Shown piece after piece: positions 58,402 through 64,000 of a stretch of 64,000 nt of DNA. A program made the position numbers and the translations under genes. The stretch's first letter is position 1, and every line of letters starts with the position of its first letter. Origin of the DNA: an uncultured Pseudomonadota bacterium (GTDB lineage Bacteria; Oederibacteriota; Muellerivitia; Muellerivitales; Muellerivitaceae); the NCBI GenBank assembly GCA_963843375.1, contig CAWJKT010000004.1, positions 192,001 to 256,000 of the forward strand, written 5' to 3'. The notes below the pieces were generated by a model that was not told the origin of the DNA, did no database searches, and saw nothing but the letters and a program-made list of their open reading frames with translations.

Positions 58402-59457
58402 TTAATTTTTAAAAATCCCCGGTGTTATCCAAGGGCTTTTCATTCGTACGGAAAAAGTTTTTGTTCTTTCAACAAAACCCGATTTGCCAAGGTACCCACT
58501 TAGGATCATAGTATGTTTATCCCCGAAGAGTGCCCGCCACCTTGTTTTTAACCCCCATTTTTCCTTGAAAAATTTTACTTTCTCGTAAAGCGATTCCACG
58601 TAACTTTCCGGGGGATAGGCTCGGGATCCGTAAAGCTTCAAAGTCTGCTCGAAAGCCAGCCGGTTGTATTTTTTCAGCACATGGTAATAGTAGCCTTTGA
58701 CCACCTGTCCCCGAAGCCTCAGGACGTTGTAAACAAAATAATCCACGCCTATTTCAGCTCCCATTTGGATCATTCCCTCGATCGCCTCATCCGTATCCGT
58801 CAGGAAGGGGATAATGGGCATCAAGTGAATCCCACAGGGGACGCCATAGGCTTTTAACTGACGGAGGGCTTCCAGGCGCCTTTCAATAGTAACCGCGTGG
58901 GGCTCCAGAAATTTCTGCAAATACGGATCCAAAGTCGTCAAAGTCATGGCCACGCCCCCATTCGCCCGGTCCACTACTTCCTTTAAAACATCTAGATCCC
59001 TCAAGACCAGGTCGGATTTGGTGGAAAAAACAGCGGGCCAAGAATACTTGGCCAGGAGCTTGAAAGCCCCACGCGCCAAACCGTATTTTTTCTCGGCGGG
59101 CTGGTAAGGGTCGGTGGCCGCGCCCAGACTGATCCAGTCCCTTTTCCTCCGTGGATTGGAAAGTTCCCGTTCGAGCACCTCCAGCAGGTTCATTTTGACT
59201 TGGATCTTCCTTTGAAAATCAAAAGAGTTTTGGAAACCCAGGAACCAATGGGTGTATCGGGCGAAACAAAAGGGGCACCCGTGGCGGCATCCACGGTAAA
59301 GATTGAGGGTGTAAAAGAAAGGTTTGGGACTATAAGGAAGGCGGGTGTGATGAAGGGCGGATTTCACTTTGATTTCAATGTATTCCACTTCCCGAGGATC
59401 GTCATCGACTTCGGTATAAGTGGGCGAAAAAGAAGTTGAAAGAAGAGGATCGATCAT
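58402..59457 (-). CDS. Radical SAM protein, SplB-like/Rv2578c family
   Basis: NLYRGCRHGCPFCFAR, TDPYQPAE, TKSDLVLRDLD, LEP and PIIPFLTD motifs; directly downstream of lexA. Confidence 0.9.
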   Translation of the reverse strand: MIDPLLSTSFSPTYTEVDDDPREVEYIEIKVKSALHHTRLPYSPKPFFYTLNLYRGCRHGCPFCFARYTHWFLGFQNSFDFQRKIQVKMNLLEVLERELSNPRRKRDWISLGAATDPYQPAEKKYGLARGAFKLLAKYSWPAVFSTKSDLVLRDLDVLKEVVDRANGGVAMTLTTLDPYLQKFLEPHAVTIERRLEALRQLKAYGVPCGIHLMPIIPFLTDTDEAIEGMIQMGAEIGVDYFVYNVLRLRGQVVKGYYYHVLKKYNRLAFEQTLKLYGSRAYPPESYVESLYEKVKFFKEKWGLKTRWRALFGDKHTMILSGYLGKSGFVERTKTFSVRMKSPWITPGIFKN

Positions 59458-59598
59458 AAAAAACCATCCGGTGAAAATCAAGTTTTCTTGGGAGGAAGAA
59501 TAATGAAAAGGTATTTCCCCAGCTTGCGGAAACAAGGGAACGGAATGCTAAGACATAGTTATCACCACAAGAATTTTAAGTTTTGAATGTAAGACCGG

Positions 59599-60216
59599 CT
59601 AGCGGGGGCTGAAGACACCCACAACTTTCCCGATTATCCGGAAATCTTGGTCTTCGCCAATCACAATAGGGGAATATTTTGGATTAGCCGGTTCCAAGAT
59701 TACTTTGGAACTGGTTTTGCGGAAAGTTTTAACCGTCGCTTCGCCTTCAATCAAAGCTACCACAATTTCCCCGGGTGAAGCATGGGTGGTTTGTTGCACG
59801 ATCACCTTATCACCTGGAAGAATATGGGCGTTCAACATGGAATCGCCCCGCACCGTCAAGGCGAAAAGGTTCCGGCCGCCGCGGGCCATGGAAGGGTCCA
59901 CCACCATGGTTCCCTCGCGGTTTTCCTCAGCCAGCAAGGGGGAACCAGCCGCCACCTTTCCTAAGATGGGAATGGAAACACCGACGGAAGAATCTTCCAC
60001 GATTTTCAAACCACGGGCCGTGTGGTCCTCCCGTTCGAGATAACCCTTCTCCTCCAAAGCCAGCAGGTGCTTGCGGGCGCTTTGGGGGGAGTTCCATTTG
60101 AAATGTCGCATGACTTCCCTCACGGTTGGGGGGCGGTGGGTTTGAGTCAGGTGTTCCTGGACGTAGTCCAGTACGTCCCTTTGAATGTGGGTTAGAGTTT
60201 CGTCGGATGGCGCCAT
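59599..60216 (-). CDS. lexA: SOS repressor LexA
   Basis: PPTVRE...HL.ALEEKGYL HTH, VAAG cleavage site, GDSM (Ser) and ATVK (Lys); GGAGG RBS before ATG 60216. Confidence 0.95.
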   Translation of the reverse strand: MAPSDETLTHIQRDVLDYVQEHLTQTHRPPTVREVMRHFKWNSPQSARKHLLALEEKGYLEREDHTARGLKIVEDSSVGVSIPILGKVAAGSPLLAEENREGTMVVDPSMARGGRNLFALTVRGDSMLNAHILPGDKVIVQQTTHASPGEIVVALIEGEATVKTFRKTSSKVILEPANPKYSPIVIGEDQDFRIIGKVVGVFSPR

Positions 60217-60240
60217 GTTGTTCCTCCGCACAAATTTTTA

Positions 60241-60290
60241 TTGAAAAAGAATACGGCTGTATACTAGTATACGAGTGTATTCTTAGTCAA
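60241..60290. promoter_or_regulatory. Candidate LexA operator (two ATAC-N4-GTAT boxes) overlapping putative divergent sigma70-like promoters
   Basis: TTGAAAAAGAATACGGCTGTATACTAGTATACGAGTGTATTCTTAGTCAA has 19 of 25 positions dyad-symmetric. Minus strand gives TTGACT-N18-TAGTAT; plus strand gives TTGAAA-N18-TAGTAT. Confidence 0.65.
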
Positions 60291-60416
60291 GTGAAAAAGT
60301 TAGAAAAATCATAGTGGAATTTCAAAAAACCACGGGTTTGGAAATCGCCAGTGAAAAAGTGCTCCCCTTGGGGCTAAGGACGTCTGATACCTAAAATAAA
60401 TTAAAGGAGGTTTTTT

Positions 60417-60755
60417 ATGGAAGAAGCAGCGATGAAAGTGGTTTTGATGGTCGACCTTTTTCAAAAGGTCAAGAAGCGCGTTCCGCGACATTGGAGGGAA
60501 GTCAAGGATTGCATCGTGGGATTGGGATATCCCGTGGAAGTCTCGGAGTTTCATAACCTGAAACTGGAGGCCCTGTCTCACCAAAAACTGCTGATCGAAT
60601 ACTCGGTTTTCACCGGGGCCAACGAGTGGACACCCAGCCGGAAATTGGAAATGACTTCCTTTGACGATGAGTTAACCAGACCGGACGGGGTTCTTTCCAG
60701 ACTGAAACTGGAGAGCTTTGATCCGAACTGGGTTGAAGAGCTGCGATTTTCATAA
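60417..60755 (+). CDS. Hypothetical protein divergent from lexA
   Basis: AAGGAGG RBS; 112 aa. Confidence 0.75.
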   Translation: MEEAAMKVVLMVDLFQKVKKRVPRHWREVKDCIVGLGYPVEVSEFHNLKLEALSHQKLLIEYSVFTGANEWTPSRKLEMTSFDDELTRPDGVLSRLKLESFDPNWVEELRFS

Positions 60756-60777
60756 ATCAATCACGGGAGGACGCGCC

Positions 60778-61131
60778 ATGGAAAAAGACAAGAATCTTTA
60801 TAAGGTGATGATGATGTCGGGTATTTTTCGTTTGGACCACGGCCGCTGGCCGCAAAGCGCCGCCGAGTTGAAAGACTTTACGGAACAAAAGGGATGGAAT
60901 CTGGACTTCTCCCCTTATTACACACTGACCTTCCAAACCGATGACTGGCGCTGCTTAGTGGTGGAAGTTTCCTGGTTGGAAGACGGGGACTGGCTGACGC
61001 GCCGAAGGTTCGAAATCGAGCCCTATTTCTTTGAGAAGGGTTTGGACCAAAGCATTCCCTTGAGGATCCGTTCCCGGGCCCTGCCTCCCCTCAAGGCAGA
61101 GGTAAAAACCTATTGTCCCTTGGCTTCCTAA
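60778..61131 (+). CDS. Hypothetical protein
   Basis: GGGAGG RBS; 117 aa; 22 nt after the previous gene. Confidence 0.7.
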   Translation: MEKDKNLYKVMMMSGIFRLDHGRWPQSAAELKDFTEQKGWNLDFSPYYTLTFQTDDWRCLVVEVSWLEDGDWLTRRRFEIEPYFFEKGLDQSIPLRIRSRALPPLKAEVKTYCPLAS

Positions 61132-61136
61132 ATCTT

Positions 61137-61943
61137 TTAGGAAGCCGGGGTGCCTTCTTCCTTTTTCTCGTCGAAATGCATGCCCACGATATTGGCTCCG
61201 GCGTCCACGTAAATAATCTCGCCCGTCACCCCCGAGGCCCAGGAACTGGCCAGGTAGGTAGCGGTATTGCCGACTTCATCCTGGGAAACATTTCGTTTCA
61301 AGGGCGTCATGTCTCCCGCGGTCTTGAGCATGCTCTTGAAACCGCCCACGCCGGAGGCGGCCAGGGTTTTGATGGGCCCGGCGGAGATGGCGTTCACCCG
61401 GATACCCTTCGAACCCAAATCATAGGCCAGGTAGCGCACGGAACATTCCAAGGCGGCTTTAGCCACTCCCATCACGTTGTAATTGGGAATCACCTTCTCG
61501 GAACCGTAATAGGTAAGGGTAATGACGCTTCCGCCTTCATTTAAGAGAGGGACGGCGGGCCGGGTAATGCCGATCAGGCTATAGGATGAAATATCCAAGG
61601 CTAGATGGAACCCGGCACGGCTGGTGTTGGAAAAGGCCCCCGAAAGCTCGTCCTTGTTGGCAAAAGCGATGCAATGCACCAAGATGTCAAACTTGCCCCA
61701 GACTTTCGCGACTTCTTTATAGAGAGTTTCAATCTCCGCGTCCTTGGAGACGTCGCAGGGAAGGATCAGCTTGGCGTTCACCGATTCGGCCAGTGGACGC
61801 ACCCGCTTTTCCAATGCTTCGCCCAGGAAGTTAAAGCCGAGTTCGGCCCCCTCTGTGTGGAAAGCCTTGGCAATGCCCCAGGCAATCGACCTATCGTTTG
61901 CGACCCCGAAGATGAAAGCTTTTTTCCCGGTTAGTAATCCCAT
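61137..61943 (-). CDS. fabI: Enoyl-ACP reductase
   Basis: GVANDRSIAWGIA, YNVMGVAKAALE and AISAGPIKTLAA motifs. Confidence 0.96.
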   Translation of the reverse strand: MGLLTGKKAFIFGVANDRSIAWGIAKAFHTEGAELGFNFLGEALEKRVRPLAESVNAKLILPCDVSKDAEIETLYKEVAKVWGKFDILVHCIAFANKDELSGAFSNTSRAGFHLALDISSYSLIGITRPAVPLLNEGGSVITLTYYGSEKVIPNYNVMGVAKAALECSVRYLAYDLGSKGIRVNAISAGPIKTLAASGVGGFKSMLKTAGDMTPLKRNVSQDEVGNTATYLASSWASGVTGEIIYVDAGANIVGMHFDEKKEEGTPAS

Positions 61944-62116
61944 TTCCAATTCCTCCATTGGCTTTTAGAAGAGCCTCTTGCGGACCTAACTTAACGGTTT
62001 TTCAAGGCACTTTAAAGTACAAAAAGCCCGCAAAAAGACGGGAAGACCTTTATTTTGGAACAAGCTTTACGAATAATGTTTACCACGAAGGACAGACTAT
62101 TCACCAAAGGACAAGG

Positions 62117-62419
62117 ATGATCAAGCATCTGGTTCTGTGGAAATTAAAAGATAGCGCCGAAGGGAAGACCCGGCAGGAAAACGCCTTGGAATTGAAAGCG
62201 GCTTTGGAAGATTTGAAAGGCAAGGTGCCGGAAATCCACATGCTGGAAGTGGGTTTGAATTTCAACCCGGCCGATACCGCCTGCGACCTTTCGCTTTATT
62301 CCGAGTTCAAGTCGCGGGAAGACCTGGAAAAGTACCAGAGGCATCCGGAACATTTGAAGGTCGTGGAGTTGGTGAAGAAAGTGACACAAGAACGCCGCGT
62401 GTCGGATTATGAAATTTAA
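62117..62419 (+). CDS. Dabb (stress-responsive A/B barrel) family protein
   Basis: MIKHLVLWKLK...L.GKVPEI..LEVG...Y..HPEH motif pattern. Confidence 0.9.
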   Translation: MIKHLVLWKLKDSAEGKTRQENALELKAALEDLKGKVPEIHMLEVGLNFNPADTACDLSLYSEFKSREDLEKYQRHPEHLKVVELVKKVTQERRVSDYEI

Positions 62420-62489
62420 TATTCAATAACGGATGAACGTTAAAAAATTATTTATCCGTTCTCATCCGTCGAAATTTAAGGAGATCCCC

Positions 62490-63371
62490 ATGCCAAAGTC
62501 ATCCCATCCCCCATCCAAATCGTCGAAAGTCCCTAAGGGTAAATCTGCGACGGCGAAGCCGTCGAAATCAAAATCCGGCGCAGGCGGAGCTTCAGGCAAT
62601 CTCAAAATCGCTACCTTCAACGCCAATTCCATCCGGGTGCGCATGGGCATTCTATTGGACTGGCTGAAAAAAGAAAAACCGGACGTTTTGGCGGTGCAGG
62701 AAACCAAAGTCCAAGACCATGAGTTTCCCCGGGAACCCCTGGAGGCTGACGGGTGGAACGTGGTTTTTCACGGCCAAAAAAGCTACAACGGCGTGGCCTT
62801 CATTTCCCAAAAGCCGCTCGAAAAAGTGGAAATGGGTTTTTACAAGAAGCCGGATGAACAAGCGAGATTCATCACAGGGGAGATTGGGGGCGTCCGGCTT
62901 TTTAATACGTACATTCCGCAAGGGTTCGACATCGAATCCGAAAAATATCAGTACAAGCTAAAGTACTTGGCGGATTTGAAAAAATATTTCGAGAAGAACG
63001 TGCCCAACTCCATGCCCGCTCTTTGGATGGGCGACCTCAACGTTGCCCGTACCGAAATCGACCTCAATAATCCCAAGGGCAACCAGGACCATCCTTGCTT
63101 TCACATCGACGCACGCAACGCTCTGGAGGAAGTGATGAAAGGGAAATGGACCGACCTTTTCCGGGAAAAAGAAAAAGGGCCCGGCCACTATACCTTTTGG
63201 GATATGCGCCAGCCGGGCACCTTTCAGCGGAACCTGGGGTGGAGGATCGATTTGATCCTGGGCACCCAGCCGATGGTAGATCGCCTCCAAAAAATCTGGA
63301 TTGATACCAAGCCTCGTGGCCTGGAAAAGCCCTCGGACCATACCTTTTTAATTGGGGAATTTACCCGGTAG
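62490..63371 (+). CDS. xth: Exodeoxyribonuclease III / AP endonuclease with Lys/Ser-rich N-terminal extension
   Basis: IATFNANS, QETK, SYNGVA, GDLNVA, YTFWD, GWRID and PSDH motifs. Confidence 0.94.
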   Translation: MPKSSHPPSKSSKVPKGKSATAKPSKSKSGAGGASGNLKIATFNANSIRVRMGILLDWLKKEKPDVLAVQETKVQDHEFPREPLEADGWNVVFHGQKSYNGVAFISQKPLEKVEMGFYKKPDEQARFITGEIGGVRLFNTYIPQGFDIESEKYQYKLKYLADLKKYFEKNVPNSMPALWMGDLNVARTEIDLNNPKGNQDHPCFHIDARNALEEVMKGKWTDLFREKEKGPGHYTFWDMRQPGTFQRNLGWRIDLILGTQPMVDRLQKIWIDTKPRGLEKPSDHTFLIGEFTR

Positions 63372-63592
63372 CTCCCTTTGGGGTCCCCCGATTTTCAAAC
63401 ACCGGGGATGGTGATGGGGTTTGACTCGTTTTACCTGATTTTCTTCACCTTTTATTGACTAATAAAACCAGGGGGTGGATAATCAACACGGGTAGGTTTT
63501 TATAATGTTTCCCGCCGGAGTTGCCGCTCCCCCGTTTTTCCTTATTTCATGCTAAAATTCAGCTGAAAAACATCGATTTTGGAGCGGCGTCT

Positions 63593-64000
63593 ATGGGTCA
63601 TATATCGTTGCAATCTAAGCTTTCACGATTCGCCAATGCCTTTGGGCAGTTCTTGGGTGTTTCCTCTCATTCCACCGAGCGGTTTCCTTTTTCCAAAATT
63701 CAAGATTCCCGGGGTTCCGCTCTGGTGATGGCGGCTATTTTCATGCTAGTGGCCTCGGTGCTCATCACGGTGGGTGTCAAGCTGGTCGCTAACGCTTCCC
63801 GTGGTGCCAAGGAAAAAGAACTCTACGTCGGCGAGGCGGAAAACGTGGCAAGAGCGGGGCTCATCGACGCGCTCGCCTGGTTCCGCAGGCAAGCCGGCAA
63901 CGGCGGTGTCGTCAGCGCTTACACGGGAGGCGCGGCAGTGCCGGGGCAATCGTCCGTCACTTGGGCAATCAACCCCGATATCAAGGTTCCTCCCTCGCCC
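63593..64000 (+). CDS. PilX-like minor pilin, 3'-truncated by the window edge (not in ORF track)
   Basis: GGAG RBS. Open frame MGHISLQ...QDSRG|SALVMAAIFMLVASVLITVGV...AENVARAGLIDAL shows a type IV prepilin-like cleavage Gly, a hydrophobic helix and an A...A.AG motif. Confidence 0.65.
   Translation, partial: MGHISLQSKLSRFANAFGQFLGVSSHSTERFPFSKIQDSRGSALVMAAIFMLVASVLITVGVKLVANASRGAKEKELYVGEAENVARAGLIDALAWFRRQAGNGGVVSAYTGGAAVPGQSSVTWAINPDIKVPPSP

Noticed and set aside
57087..59457. NUDIX + NYN + radical SAM as an anti-phage system
   Set aside because: The radical SAM gene is convergent and belongs with lexA. NYN and NUDIX are generic families separated by a 175-nt gap, with no other defence markers.
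62429..62469. Inverted repeat ACGGATGA/TCATCCGT upstream of xth
   Set aside because: Single occurrence, large AT loop, no U-tract and no match to the lexA-proximal box; not enough to assign a function.

Overview
This window is 64 kb of bacterial chromosome from a diderm (outer-membrane-bearing) organism. The gene mix is reminiscent of uncultured lineages such as candidate phylum FCPU426, but that is unverified. I found no integrase, transposase, prophage, rRNA or CRISPR array. Housekeeping genes include tRNA-Val(CAC), nadE, queD, erpA/iscA, lipoate ligase, lpdA, prfC, gcvT/H/P, ppk2, an RNB ribonuclease, lexA, fabI and xth. They are interleaved with paralogous envelope families: two TraF/PorV-like beta-barrels, two NHL+SGNH proteins, three ArnT/PMT-like GT-C+TPR glycosyltransferases, a DUF2723 GT-C and several Ser/Thr/Pro-rich secreted proteins. 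Highlights not in the ORF track: (1) a 50-bp dyad with two ATAC-N4-GTAT boxes over the lexA promoter, a candidate new SOS box; (2) three tandem paralogous 46-54 aa membrane microproteins before gcvH; (3) an overlapping pair of CxxC-x18-CxxC microproteins; (4) two sigma54-type promoters. Also notable are a GcvPA-PB fusion, a metallophosphoesterase lacking most metal ligands, and a possible protein O-glycosylation/glycan-acylation system. Six genes carry frameshifts that look like assembly indel errors. All family calls come from recognising motifs by eye; no database searches were run.
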